DNA of 64,000 nucleotides from an uncultured Gammaproteobacteria bacterium (GTDB lineage Bacteria > Patescibacteriota > Patescibacteriia > 2-12-FULL-60-25), in assembly GCA_964482085.1 (NCBI GenBank), contig CAYZVS010000004.1, positions 11,878 through 75,877 of the forward strand, in the 5' to 3' direction. The notes beneath the pieces were generated by a model, which had not been told where the DNA came from, did no database searches, and worked only from the letters and a program-made list of their open reading frames with translations. This document shows, in pieces, positions 35,352-46,200 of this stretch. How positions within the stretch are numbered: position 1 is the stretch's first letter; every line of letters starts with the position of its first letter. Made by a program: the position numbers and the translations under genes.

Positions 35352-35666
35352 TTAGGACTTATTACGATCATTCATCTTGTCCTTCCACTGGGTAATCGTC
35401 TCCCGTAAATGATCTTTAACCTTATCAATCGCCTTATATAGATCCTCCGCCTCACGATCGACCATTATCGTTTCACCACCGATTTGCACATTGGCCTTGC
35501 ATTGAAAGATTTTTCCGCTGTGATGACTCCCGTCAGCCATTCCAACTTCAACATCAATATGTCTAATCGATTCAAGATACTTTTCAAGACTAAGCATTTT
35601 TTCTTCCGTGTATTCTCTGATGGCAGGCGTAAGCTCCATGCCTTTGGCGATGATGTTGATAGTCAT
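35352..35666 (-). CDS. hpf: ribosome hibernation promoting factor / RaiA family (short form)
   Basis: I trimmed the start to MTINIIAKGMELTPAIREYTEEKMLSLEKYL, a sigma-54 modulation protein/S30EA signature. 104 aa. Confidence 0.85.
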   Translation of the reverse strand: MTINIIAKGMELTPAIREYTEEKMLSLEKYLESIRHIDVEVGMADGSHHSGKIFQCKANVQIGGETIMVDREAEDLYKAIDKVKDHLRETITQWKDKMNDRNKS

Positions 35667-35682
35667 ACCCTTCAAGCCTAGC

Positions 35683-36666
35683 TCAAAAACCAACCAATTG
35701 CACCTCCTCGTGCAACTCAATTCCAAGCTCATCCCGAACCTTCATTTTTACACGTGAAATCAAGGCCAAAATATCTTGCGCTCGCGCTTGTCCTTTATTC
35801 AAAAAGAAATTTCCATGTTTAGCACTCACCTGCGCATCTCCAACCGACTCCCCCATCATTCCCGCCTGATCAATCAACCATCCGGCAGAAAGCGACTTAT
35901 TCTTCAGCATCGATTCCGGAACTTCCACAGACCGTTTCAAAATATCCAATTCTTTCTCATCGGAAAATTCAAAATTCTTAAATGCACATCCTGCACTGGA
36001 AGCATCAAGTGGCTGCTTCTCTCTACGCATACGCATGATTTCCTCCATTCTCATCTTTCCAGCTAGAACATCAGACGATGGTTTTAAAGCGAGCGTTGTC
36101 GATAAAATAAGATGTGGCCGATGCTTAAACATGCTTCCGCGATAAACAAACTCACACTCGCTATTAGAAAGCATCTTGCGTTCATGTGTATTCAAATCAA
36201 AAACTTCTACGGACAAAACAGCGTCTTTCATCTCCCCTCCATAACAGCCAGCATTTCCATAAACCGCTCCACCAATAGTTCCAGGAACACCAATCGCCCA
36301 TTCAAACCCCGTCAACCCAGCATCCACCGATTGCCTTGCTACCAAACCCGTAATCATTCCCGACTCTGCCGTTACTCGATTCTCCTCAATCGTCGTTTTA
36401 CGATTAGCGGCCTGAATAAGCACGCCCTCATAACCGTCATCAGAAACCAGCAGATTCGATCCTCCGCCATAGATAAAAAATGGGATATCTGTTTCCAAAG
36501 CCGCTGTCACAGCCTCAATCAAACTCTCCGAGCTCGTTGCCGTCACATGCAACTTTGCATTCCCACCCACTCGAAAACTCGTACGCTTAGCCATCGGCTC
36601 ATCTCTGTTTGCACTCGGAACCCTCGCCAAGAATGCTTCAATCTTATTTTCTGTCAGAGGCATCAT
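35683..36666 (-). CDS. murB: UDP-N-acetylenolpyruvoylglucosamine reductase
   Basis: 327 aa. FAD-binding block TSFRVGGNAKL...GGGSNLLVSD and the C-terminal MurB domain (SAGCAFKNF...SAGWLIDQAG...VSAKHGNFFLN). Confidence 0.93.
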   Translation of the reverse strand: MMPLTENKIEAFLARVPSANRDEPMAKRTSFRVGGNAKLHVTATSSESLIEAVTAALETDIPFFIYGGGSNLLVSDDGYEGVLIQAANRKTTIEENRVTAESGMITGLVARQSVDAGLTGFEWAIGVPGTIGGAVYGNAGCYGGEMKDAVLSVEVFDLNTHERKMLSNSECEFVYRGSMFKHRPHLILSTTLALKPSSDVLAGKMRMEEIMRMRREKQPLDASSAGCAFKNFEFSDEKELDILKRSVEVPESMLKNKSLSAGWLIDQAGMMGESVGDAQVSAKHGNFFLNKGQARAQDILALISRVKMKVRDELGIELHEEVQLVGF

Positions 36667-38084
36667 ACATCCATGATTTTATCCGCAATTTTATAAATGT
36701 CGCCGGCCCCCATCACAATAATCACATCACCCGATCGCTTCCAACGCTTAAGTACAGCCAACGTTTCATCCAGAGAAGAGGCGTATTCAACAGAGCGCAC
36801 CATCGAGCGATCCGCATCGTGACGCACAATTGCATCCTGTAAATCACGTGAACTCACGGAATCATCATCATTTTCTCGGCCAGCAACATCAAAAATCTCC
36901 ATCAAGAGTAGCGCATCCGCGCGATCAAAACTCGGTACAAAATCCAAAAATAAATCGCGTGTTCGCTTCCGCTGATGTGGCTGAAACGCAAGCACGATGC
37001 GCCGTCCCGGATAAAACGCCTTGGCCGCTTCAAGTGTCGCCGCTACCGCGGTTGGATGATGTCCATAATCCGAAACAACCAAAATACCATCTTGATCACT
37101 TATTTTCTGGAAGCGTCGCCAAATACCATGAAAACGCGCAAGCACCGTCTCAAGCCCGGTCCATGGAACACCCAAAGAAGAAACCAAGCTAAGCGCGGCG
37201 ACACAATTCATAACATTCATCTTTCCCGGGATAGGCAGACGGAATCGATACACACGGCCGCTCGAATCACGTAATCCAAATGACTGCTCACCGGGCTTTA
37301 TCGTATGATCCACAATCTGATGATCGGCATGCGTCCCAAAACCAAAAGTCCGAATCCGTACGTCGCGTTCCAGTAGTGAAGCACGCGCCTGACCAACCAG
37401 CGTCTGCACATTAGGATCATCTGCATTTGCAACAACGACCCCACCGTGTTGAACCTTATCGAGCAGCTCCCGAAATACCTGCAACAAACTCGGCAAATCC
37501 GGAAAAATATCCGTGTGATCAAGTTCCAAATTATTTAAGACAACAGCATACGGCTCAAACTCCAAAAAATGCTTGGCATACTCATCCCCTTCAATAACAG
37601 CCAAAGAGGAAGATCCAAAGCGCACATTTCCATCCGGAAAAGACGGAACACGACTTCCCACAATCACCATCGGATCCTGCGCCGCTCCTTCTAGTAATAA
37701 TCCGGCAAGAGCTGTCGTTGTACTTTTTCCATGCGTTCCACACACAAGCAAACATCGTTTTGAAGCAAGCCATGCTCCCAAAAAGGCAAAGTTCGTAACT
37801 TGTAAAAGACCGCGAGCTGTTGCGGCGACACGCTCCGGATTCTTTTCACCAGCCGCCGATGTATAAATCAGTAATTCCGCATCTGCCGGAACATGACTCG
37901 CTTCATGACCGATCGCAACAGGAATCCCGAGCTTCACAAGTTCATCCGTTGCTTCTGATCTTGCAACATCCGATCCGGTAACGCGTACTCCGACGCGCAC
38001 AAGCAACTTGGCAACGCCCGACATATTAATTCCGCCAATGCCAACCATGTGGACACGGCTTACCTGGGTCAAATCCATGTACAT
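36663..38084 (-). CDS. murC: UDP-N-acetylmuramate--L-alanine ligase
   Basis: 473 aa. Contains HMVGIGGINMSGVAKLL, GTHGKSTTTAL and DYGHHPT. ATGA-type 4-nt overlap with murB. Confidence 0.93.
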   Translation of the reverse strand: MYMDLTQVSRVHMVGIGGINMSGVAKLLVRVGVRVTGSDVARSEATDELVKLGIPVAIGHEASHVPADAELLIYTSAAGEKNPERVAATARGLLQVTNFAFLGAWLASKRCLLVCGTHGKSTTTALAGLLLEGAAQDPMVIVGSRVPSFPDGNVRFGSSSLAVIEGDEYAKHFLEFEPYAVVLNNLELDHTDIFPDLPSLLQVFRELLDKVQHGGVVVANADDPNVQTLVGQARASLLERDVRIRTFGFGTHADHQIVDHTIKPGEQSFGLRDSSGRVYRFRLPIPGKMNVMNCVAALSLVSSLGVPWTGLETVLARFHGIWRRFQKISDQDGILVVSDYGHHPTAVAATLEAAKAFYPGRRIVLAFQPHQRKRTRDLFLDFVPSFDRADALLLMEIFDVAGRENDDDSVSSRDLQDAIVRHDADRSMVRSVEYASSLDETLAVLKRWKRSGDVIIVMGAGDIYKIADKIMDV

Positions 38085-38122
38085 AGGCTACGACTAACAA
38101 GCGTTTGCGTCCAGAAACGACA

Positions 38123-38148
38123 AAGCCTCGTACAGTTGTACGAGGCTT
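38123..38148 (-). terminator. candidate terminator hairpin
   Basis: 11-bp stem aagcctcgtac / gtacgaggctt with loop agtt, 10 nt after the stop at 38158. The T-tract is only moderate. Confidence 0.45.
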
Positions 38149-38157
38149 CAGTCCGAG

Positions 38158-38553
38158 TCAGGCGTCTTCCGGAGCTGCTCCCGGAAGCAAAGGTTCAGGC
38201 GGGGCCGCGGGCTTGGGAGCCGTTTCCGGCTGTATCCAAAGCACCGTGCCGTCAACATCGATAATCAAGTAGGGCCGGAACTGGTCCGGATACACGATCG
38301 GATACTGCGGCTGATAGACGATGCGTATCGCCTCGAGAAAATCATCCTCAGAGACCTGATGCACGTCTTTCTCGCACATGATCATGCACTTCAGTGCGTG
38401 ATCGATGATATTTCTATCATCGTTGCGATATACCTTGGCGAGAGCGACCAGTATCAAGCGATACCCCGCGTCGAGCGAGGGGGTACACCTCTCCTTCATA
38501 AAACGAACGACATCGATAGCAGAATTGCCGTGTTGGCCATTTTCTTGGGCCAT
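38158..38553 (-). CDS. hypothetical protein with Pro/Ala-rich C-terminal tail
   Basis: 131 aa, with no recognisable motif. The tail is QPETAPKPAAPPEPLLPGAAPEDA. Confidence 0.45.
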   Translation of the reverse strand: MAQENGQHGNSAIDVVRFMKERCTPSLDAGYRLILVALAKVYRNDDRNIIDHALKCMIMCEKDVHQVSEDDFLEAIRIVYQPQYPIVYPDQFRPYLIIDVDGTVLWIQPETAPKPAAPPEPLLPGAAPEDA

Positions 38554-38612
38554 AGACCCTCCTTAGCTAATCGAAGCTAGCAAGAAACAGGCTTTTTGTC
38601 TAGACTGCCTCC

Positions 38613-39887
38613 ATGTTGCAACTATCTCAAAGCGATCCAGAAATCTCCGGATTGATCGAGGAAGAGCTCACGCGTCAGCGTGAAGGCTTGGAACTCATTG
38701 CCTCGGAAAACTATGTTTCCAAGGCTGTATTGGAAGCCATGGGCTCACCCTTAACCAATAAATACTCGGAAGGTTATCCGGGAAAGCGTTATTACGGTGG
38801 CAATGAAGTAATCGACAAAGTCGAGACGCTCGCCATCAACCGCGCCAAACAACTCTTTGGTGCAGAGCATGCCAACGTCCAGCCACATGCCGGCGCGCAA
38901 GCCAATTTTGCTGTCTACCTTGCTTTACTGAATCCGGGCGACACCGTACTCGCCATGAACCTTTCTCATGGTGGCCATCTCACACACGGCTCACCCGTAA
39001 ACTTTTCTGGTAAATGGTTCAACATCATTCCGTACGGTGTTCGTGAATCCGATCATCTGGTCGATATGGACAATGTCCGCGCACTCGCGCTCGAGCATAA
39101 ACCCAAAATGATTATTGCGGGCTTTAGCGCTTATCCTCGCAAACTCGATTTTGCAAAATTTGCCGAGATCGCACAGGAAGTCGGCGCCTATTTATTTGTC
39201 GACATGGCGCACGTTGCAGGTCTTGTCGCCGCCAAACTTTACCCCGACCCAATCCCCCACGCCGACGTCGTCTCTACCACCACACATAAAACACTTCGTG
39301 GTCCGCGCGGCGCTATGCTTCTTTCCAAAATCCAAGATCGACTTGATCCAGAAGGAAAGAAAAACCTCGCACAAAAAATCGACTCGGGAGTTTTCCCTGG
39401 ATCGCAAGGTGGTCCACTAGAACATATTATTGCTGCAAAAGCTGTCGCCTTTCACGAAGCGCTGCAACCATCTTTCGTCGACTATCAAAAGCAAGTTTTG
39501 TTGAATGCGCAGGCTATGGCAAAAACCTTCTTAGAAGAAGGTGCGCGATTAGTTTCTGGGGGAACTGACAATCACCTACTCCTTTTGGATGTCACCCCTT
39601 GGGATATTGGTGGCAAAGAAGCTGAGATTGCTCTTGAACAAGCCAGTATCTCCGCCAACAAAAACATGATTCCGTTTGATACGCGCAAACCAGCGGATCC
39701 ATCCGGCATCCGTCTAGGAACTCCAGCCATCACAACTCGCGGTTTTGATGAAAAGGCAACAATCGAACTCACGCATTTAATTGCTAAACTGCTCAAATCT
39801 AAAAACAACGCGTCAACTTCAGAAGAAGTAAAACACGAAGTTCGCAAACTCGCCGACGCTTTCCCACTCTATACCGACCAAAACTAG
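38613..39887 (+). CDS. glyA: serine hydroxymethyltransferase
   Basis: 424 aa. Contains [27 protein letters not shown] and the PLP-lysine block [12 protein letters not shown]. Confidence 0.97.
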   Translation: MLQLSQSDPEISGLIEEELTRQREGLELIASENYVSKAVLEAMGSPLTNKYSEGYPGKRYYGGNEVIDKVETLAINRAKQLFGAEHANVQPHAGAQANFAVYLALLNPGDTVLAMNLSHGGHLTHGSPVNFSGKWFNIIPYGVRESDHLVDMDNVRALALEHKPKMIIAGFSAYPRKLDFAKFAEIAQEVGAYLFVDMAHVAGLVAAKLYPDPIPHADVVSTTTHKTLRGPRGAMLLSKIQDRLDPEGKKNLAQKIDSGVFPGSQGGPLEHIIAAKAVAFHEALQPSFVDYQKQVLLNAQAMAKTFLEEGARLVSGGTDNHLLLLDVTPWDIGGKEAEIALEQASISANKNMIPFDTRKPADPSGIRLGTPAITTRGFDEKATIELTHLIAKLLKSKNNASTSEEVKHEVRKLADAFPLYTDQN

Positions 39888-40459
39888 ACACGAATCGCTT
39901 TCACGAAAGACTCCAACAATTCACCACGTCCATTTCCAGAAACGGTGCTATGCGCGATCACCGGTACTCCTGGATACGTGCGCTCGAGTTCTTGAATCTT
40001 CTGTTGCAACTCATTCCGTGAAGGTTTGTCCGACTTATTCGCGACCAATAAAAACGGCAAACCAGAACGTTGAACTTGCTCGATAATCTCTTTATCGACA
40101 GGCGTAACACCGAGGCGTGAATCCAGAATGATGACGACTAATTTAATACGCGCCCCAACCGACAAAAAACCAGACAGCAAATCAAGCAATCGATCGCGTT
40201 CATTTTTAGAAGCTTTTGCATACCCATAACCCGGAAGGTCAACCAACTCATACTTCTTGTCCATCGAAAAAATATTGATGAGACGCGTAAGTCCAGGCGC
40301 GGAACTCGTCTTAGCAAGCCCAGCAACGCCCGTAATTGAGTTGATAAGCGATGATTTCCCAGCATTCGACCTTCCAAGCATCACCACCTGCGACAAGCCA
40401 TCCTTGGGCACAAGCTCAGGATCAGCGTAACTTCTTATAAATGTCGCATTCTTCATCAT
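39884..40459 (-). CDS. engB: ribosome biogenesis GTPase YsxC/EngB
   Basis: 191 aa. G1 is [13 protein letters not shown]3 is DLPGYG and G4 is NKSD. Confidence 0.9.
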   Translation of the reverse strand: MMKNATFIRSYADPELVPKDGLSQVVMLGRSNAGKSSLINSITGVAGLAKTSSAPGLTRLINIFSMDKKYELVDLPGYGYAKASKNERDRLLDLLSGFLSVGARIKLVVIILDSRLGVTPVDKEIIEQVQRSGLPFLLVANKSDKPSRNELQQKIQELERTYPGVPVIAHSTVSGNGRGELLESFVKAIRV

Positions 40460-40473
40460 GGCCGGATCCTAGC

Positions 40474-41187
40474 CTAAAGGAACGTTTCGCGAAAGGCCTT
40501 GCCCGCGTCCACATAGGAAGCGTTCGATTCATCCTCGGGATTTGTATACGACCAATTCCAGTACAAGGCATCCGGAGTTTTGAACCCAAAAAATCCATGA
40601 ACCTGCTTTTGTGCATCCAAAATCTCACTTCCTCGCCAATTGTGGCCAATAACAATCAAACCAGCATCAATTTCTTTCAAAATGTTTTCCTCCCCAAGTG
40701 TTGAATGTCGATTCTCAAGCCAAGTAAGTCGCTCGATAAGCTTTTGATAGAAAGCATTCATCTGTCCCCAACGTACCGATCCAAAAAATACAACCGCATC
40801 CGCCGCCAAAAGAATCTTACTGATCTTCCATAACTCATCATCCGGATTATTCAGACTTGCATAACATCGATGACAACCAGAGGGATCCTTCTCTTTATCC
40901 TCAAGCAATGCACCCTTCTCACCACACGTATTTCCCCGACTTGTAGAAACGTTTCCTTCGCACGGATAAATTTTCAGCGTAGTGACATCGATAATCGTTA
41001 CCTTGTCACCAATTTGCTCCGCCATTTTTCTGGCGAGCAATGTACTTTTTGGTAAATCATTTTTCTCACCAATCCATCGATTCGATGTCGTTAAAAACAA
41101 AATACGTGACTTGTCACGTAAATACGTAATGCTTCGATCCATGATCGCGCGATCCTGTCCAATACGGGAAAATGGATTGCTGGACAT
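40474..41187 (-). CDS. flavodoxin-like fold protein (NADPH-dependent FMN reductase / iron-sulfur flavoprotein-like)
   Basis: I trimmed the start to MSSNPF. ILFLTTSNR...LLAADAVVFFGSVRWGQMNAFYQKLIERL matches the pattern of flavodoxin-like reductases. Several Cys are present (YPCEG, NTCG, CHRC). Confidence 0.45.
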   Translation of the reverse strand: MSSNPFSRIGQDRAIMDRSITYLRDKSRILFLTTSNRWIGEKNDLPKSTLLARKMAEQIGDKVTIIDVTTLKIYPCEGNVSTSRGNTCGEKGALLEDKEKDPSGCHRCYASLNNPDDELWKISKILLAADAVVFFGSVRWGQMNAFYQKLIERLTWLENRHSTLGEENILKEIDAGLIVIGHNWRGSEILDAQKQVHGFFGFKTPDALYWNWSYTNPEDESNASYVDAGKAFRETFL

Positions 41188-41197
41188 AAAGAAAATA

Positions 41198-41833
41198 CTA
41201 CCACGAAACCCGTTTCCCCTTTTTCCACTCAATAATATCCCCCATCTTCATCTCGATAGGATCCGCACACCTAAGTGTAGCAAGTTGCGATCTGGTCAAA
41301 AGCTCCTTATGAGAAACATCGCACAAATACTGTGCGACAGACCAATTATTATCTTCATTTGTTACCCATTCTTCACGATCAAATCGTGATAAATCGACAG
41401 GCAAAGAATAGCGTCTCAGCGTCTTGAACCCGTTCTTGTCAAAGTACTCATGAAAATAAGAGAGCACGAGCTCTCGTATCGTCCGATAAACGGGCTCACG
41501 ATATCGCAATACTCCATGGTTAGTCTTTGAAACAGCACCCCAACATCCATGCTGTTTAAACAACGCAACCACATGATCAAAATCATGACGAGCACTCTCA
41601 AGATCAAGAATAAGTGGCTTCTCTCCTTGTAAACGGAACGCGAGTGCCGCAAGCATTGCTCCTTCAATACAATGCGCCCGCTTCTCACGCATCACGCGCC
41701 GTGGTGAAAGACACGTATCCCCTTCCGGCTCATCATTTTGCTTCAACGTATCCAAATAATCCTGCACTTTACGAGGGGTATTCAGCCTCCTCAACAGCTT
41801 CAACTCAGAAGCATTCAGACCAAACATACGCAC
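41198..41833 (-). CDS. hypothetical protein, possibly transglutaminase-like cysteine-protease fold
   Basis: 211 aa. KRAHCIEGAMLAALAFRLQGEKP and DHVVALFKQHGCWGAVSKT loosely follow the transglutaminase-core Cys and His blocks. The third catalytic Asp is not evident. Confidence 0.35.
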   Translation of the reverse strand: MRMFGLNASELKLLRRLNTPRKVQDYLDTLKQNDEPEGDTCLSPRRVMREKRAHCIEGAMLAALAFRLQGEKPLILDLESARHDFDHVVALFKQHGCWGAVSKTNHGVLRYREPVYRTIRELVLSYFHEYFDKNGFKTLRRYSLPVDLSRFDREEWVTNEDNNWSVAQYLCDVSHKELLTRSQLATLRCADPIEMKMGDIIEWKKGKRVSW

Positions 41834-41883
41834 AAGATATCAAGCCGCACGTTCTTATGCGAGGTGCTATACTCTCCCCATCT

Positions 41884-42237
41884 ATGCCAGACCTGAAAGA
41901 AATCCACGCCAGAATCCGGGCTAAAAAAGATGAAAAGAGAAAAGTAAATACGATTTTTAAAGATGTTCTCTCCCAATCCAAGCCTTATCAGGATCTTTTG
42001 GAAGAAATCCGTAAACTTAAAACCAAAAAGATCCAAATAGAAACAGAAATCCGTACCGATTTTGGAAAAGAAATGGAACAACTTGAGCGTATCGCCATGG
42101 ACGTAAAAACCGACGAGATGCTCCTTACGGATCTTTCCCTTACCATGCTTATGAAAGGCCAACCGCTCGATCTCACAGATGAAAACGATGTAAAATACGA
42201 GCCCGTTTTTAAAATTACATACAAAAAGAGTCTTTAA
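41884..42237 (+). CDS. hypothetical coiled-coil protein
   Basis: The track ORF starts at 41614, but its first 90 aa overlap the opposite-strand gene. A plausible start is MPDLKEIHARIRAKKDEKRK (ATG 41884; 41857 is an alternative). The sequence is K/E-rich with heptad-like spacing. Confidence 0.45.
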   Translation: MPDLKEIHARIRAKKDEKRKVNTIFKDVLSQSKPYQDLLEEIRKLKTKKIQIETEIRTDFGKEMEQLERIAMDVKTDEMLLTDLSLTMLMKGQPLDLTDENDVKYEPVFKITYKKSL

Positions 42238-42956
42238 TTTTTTTCCATCTCTTTTGCAATCGCCTGATCTTTCTTCAACTTCTCCGCTTCTCTTTTTATA
42301 GCCTCATGCGCAATAGGCTGAACTTTGAATAATCGCATCAGTGAGAAGACGATCGAACTCGCAAACAAGATCAATCCGATATTCACTAAAAACAAAACGA
42401 GTGAATTTGAAATCATCCCCCAATCCAATCGCGCGATACCAATACCCGCCACAGCAACCGGCGGAATAAGCGACGCAGCGACGGCAACTCCCGGCAAACT
42501 CGCGCTCAATTTTGGCCTGATTAAAGCATATGAAGCTGCAAATCCTGCAACGAGTGCAATAAGGCCAGAGATAACGTCTGGCTTGAGCCTACTGATTATC
42601 TCAGGATTCAACTCAGGTCCCAGTCCAGCAATTCCAGAAAAAAACAGCGCAACGATCGCCGAGGCTGGCAAAGCAAACAAAAGTGACTTTACGAGAGTAA
42701 ATATGGAACGAGATATTAACGGCTTCTCCGCCATCACGATACCCATTGAGAAACCGAGAATCGGAGAAAGAAGTGGCGCGATTAACATGCTCCCGATAAT
42801 AACCGAAGCATTATTTGAAAGGAGACCAAACGTCGCCATAAAAACAGACAACACGATCATCAAAAAAAATTCGTCCCTCGGTGTGCTGTCAGCAATTAAA
42901 TTCTTAACGGCATCCTGCTTATCTTGATCCGATAAACTCGTAAAAAGCGTTGTCAT
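42234..42956 (-). CDS. DUF389-family membrane protein
   Basis: 240 aa. VIIGSMLIAPLLSPILGFSMGIV is the typical DUF389 motif. 5-6 TM helices. Confidence 0.75.
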   Translation of the reverse strand: MTTLFTSLSDQDKQDAVKNLIADSTPRDEFFLMIVLSVFMATFGLLSNNASVIIGSMLIAPLLSPILGFSMGIVMAEKPLISRSIFTLVKSLLFALPASAIVALFFSGIAGLGPELNPEIISRLKPDVISGLIALVAGFAASYALIRPKLSASLPGVAVAASLIPPVAVAGIGIARLDWGMISNSLVLFLVNIGLILFASSIVFSLMRLFKVQPIAHEAIKREAEKLKKDQAIAKEMEKN

Positions 42957-42960
42957 ATAA

Positions 42961-43236
42961 TTACTCTTGCGGCGTCTGATTTCTTAGCTGCTCCTCAAGT
43001 ACCTGTGCCGCATTTGGGATAGGTGAAAATTGATCCAGCCCAAAGGCACTAAGCAAGCTAGAAAAAGACAAGATAATAAGTGAGGCGACAATCGAGGCTC
43101 CAAGTGCCGTACCTAAACCAAAAACAACACCCACTAAAAAACGTCTTTTGAAATCATTCTGTCTCTCCAGCGCTTTTGCGATACGTGAAAGCTCAACTTC
43201 AAGAACTGGTTTACTTTTATTTTGAAGCTTTGACAT
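42961..43236 (-). CDS. small membrane protein, DUF5665-like
   Basis: 91 aa. FKRRFLVGVVFGLGTALGASIVASLIILSF. Confidence 0.45.
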   Translation of the reverse strand: MSKLQNKSKPVLEVELSRIAKALERQNDFKRRFLVGVVFGLGTALGASIVASLIILSFSSLLSAFGLDQFSPIPNAAQVLEEQLRNQTPQE

Positions 43237-43241
43237 ACGTA

Positions 43242-46200
43242 CTAACCATTATAACGCAAAGACTCTAACTCCGCACTCATCGCAGCTCTGGTCAACGGTC
43301 CAACCTCTCCTGTTTGTTGAATTCCTTTTGAGAGCTGATATCGCTTTACAGCCACTTCTGTTAAAGAACCAAAGTTACCCGTGATGCGTCCATCCTGATA
43401 AATAGTAGGCCCTTTCCACGCCAAAAACTCTTGTAGAGCTCGAACATCTGTAACCTTGGTTGATCCAACGCTCAACAGGTCAACAAATTGATAGTCGCGA
43501 GAAATAAAAGTGAAAGGCCAAATGGAGCCTACGACGGAAACATTACACATCATTCGTGAAAATTCTTGCTCAGACGGATACCCAGGCACACCTAACTCCC
43601 CACTAATAAATTTAGAGGAAACATCTAACCGAGAAAGCGCATCGAGTTCCGCAGAAGCTAATGGAGCACCTACCGTATAGTCAAAATAAAACTCTTCCGA
43701 AATATCCGATACGTTTTTATTCCACTCAGCACCGGCAATCTTCATTGCCATAGACTCATTAGCGATTGCACGTAACGTACCTTGCATTTGTACCAAATAA
43801 ACCGTCGGAATACTCGGAAATTTTACTAAGCGTATTCCTGGTTTATATGTGACATTTTTTCCGAGTGGAAGCATCGCTAATTGCTCTTTTAATATTGTAC
43901 GAACAAGAGAGAAATCGCAATACCAAGAACGATACACACTTGCGTTTGGAAAAGCGTGTCGTTTTCCGTCGGCGCCAAGATAATAGACGGTCGAGTCAAG
44001 TTGCGTGTTTGGATTCCCGTCATCCGGTAATTTTACAAGATCGTGCAACGTAAAACCAAGCTCTTCAAATAGAGAAAGTTCTGCTGTCCGATCCCCTGAA
44101 ATAAAAGGGCTCTGAGGAATCAAAATGCTTCCGCCATTTCCAGGAGCACTTGAGCCCCCACCAGGACTTGTCGTATAAAGCGGCATCGTCAATGTAAAAA
44201 GCTGATTTCGTGTATCAATATTCCCCACGACACTTGCCGTTGCAAGCGTTCCAGTCGCTGACACTGATACGGAATAGGGGTTGAAACCACCAGAAGTCAC
44301 ACTGATCGATGAATTTGTCATCTGATAAGCAGGTAGCGTTGTTGCGTATGCCGTATAACCCGTACCGTCTGTCGTAAGCGAGGTAGATGAGGCGCTGTTC
44401 GCAGAGGTGAAGGTTACTTGTGCGCCACCGACAGGAAGTAAACCTGTGTCCTGTACAAGCGCCCGTACGGAGAAACGAACATTTACTCGACCAGCCCCCG
44501 TAATAACGCTTGACGTCCGGGTAAACAAAGAATTAGCGATCGTATTATCACCGCTAGACTCGCTACGAACATCAGAATCAATATTCCCACTCAGAGTGGA
44601 GTCGAGCACAGTATTCCCTGCTGAAGTACCCAAGAACAAAATCCCGTTTGAGCTATTTGTTGAAATGACATTCGAAAATGAATTAGTATTTGAATCAATG
44701 AGTTCGATTCCTGCGTGACGCACACCTGTAACAGCACGATCAATACGTGCTGGGTTCGTATCACCCGGACGAATATTCGCGACAGCCGATGCGACAACAG
44801 ATGCATTATAGGTAAAATTACCACCGCTCACGGTAAAAACGTCGTCTATAAAAAGATCGACCGTTATCGGCGCCCCACAAACAGCAACATAAGAAACAAG
44901 CGCGCTAGAGGATGTAACAAAATTATTTGGCGCATAAATCATGATTTTATCACCAAAGAGATCGACCAATCCCACATTCCAGTTATCAACAGCATTTCCG
45001 ACAGCAACAGATACATCCTTTCCATCACTATCAATAATATCAACATCACACAAAGGGCCTTGAACTAGCAGAATTCTATCGTTTGCACCTACCAGGGCTG
45101 CAGATTCATTATAGGTATTGCCAGAATATTCTAGAATGGAACGAGTGATCGTGTAGGTAGAAATCCCCTGGGTTGAGGACCCGTTCTCAGCTACCAAGTT
45201 ATTTAGACTGCTTCCGTCAATTCCTTGCAAAGTTATCGCGCTTCCTACCTGACCCAAGGGCACGGAAAAAACGGTACCTGCTCCTGATCCAGTCATATTC
45301 AAACCCGAGGTAAAACGCATAGTCCCACTTGCAACAAAGGGCCCATAGGCTCCATCGGCAAATAACAGTGTATCGTTACTTCGTAGATTCTGAGAGAGAA
45401 GCCCTGTCGTGGTCGCATCAACTGTCACATAGTCCACGGTACCCGCTGCATTTATGTGAAAAAGAGAGCCGCGGACGCCTGAAAAAGCTCCTACATCTTC
45501 TGTTCCATTAATATCCAAGTAGTCACTGAACGGGGAAAGCTCGTAATCATTCAACGGATCCGCGTCAGCTAACTTAAACGCTGGATTACCGATTAAACTC
45601 GTTGCGTCCAAACTGGTCACGAGCTTGTTATAATCATTAACAAGCTGATTGAGACCACTGAAACCATTATACGAATCCGTAAGATTCGCTGTAGAACTAG
45701 CTACATTGAAATTTAAACTAACACCATTGCCCCCTGAACTCGAGAAAGGATTGTAACAAATATTATGATTAAAATCGATATTGATATTCTGTAAACCTGG
45801 GTAAGCGCCGTTGTCATATACACCGAGACAGGCATTCCCGTTTAGAGAAGTCTGCGCACCACCCATGATCAAGGTATTGTGCTCCGCAACGACATTAACA
45901 TCGCCCTCATTGACACGGATATTAATACCCAATGTTCCATTGGTATCACCCTGATCCTTGCTTGGAAAAACAAAAACATTCCGCGCAAGATACACCTCTA
46001 CATTTTCTATAGTCAACATCGTTACAAAGTTATCATCAATCACCACCGCAGACTGAACCCTATTTCCTATAAAATTAATATTCAATCCAGCAAAAAAGGA
46101 AATAAAATACCCATTAGTATTCACATTATAATTATTAAAAGTATTGGTCGTAACGTCAAAATCATTAGGCGCATCCGCTGGATCCGTATAGTCAAACGGT

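Noticed and set aside
42325-42927. 200-aa plus-strand ORF opposite the DUF389 gene (similar cases at 36112-36696, 4162-4710 and 1243-1728)
   Set aside because: Each lies antisense to an ORF with clear family motifs, and none shows a motif of its own.
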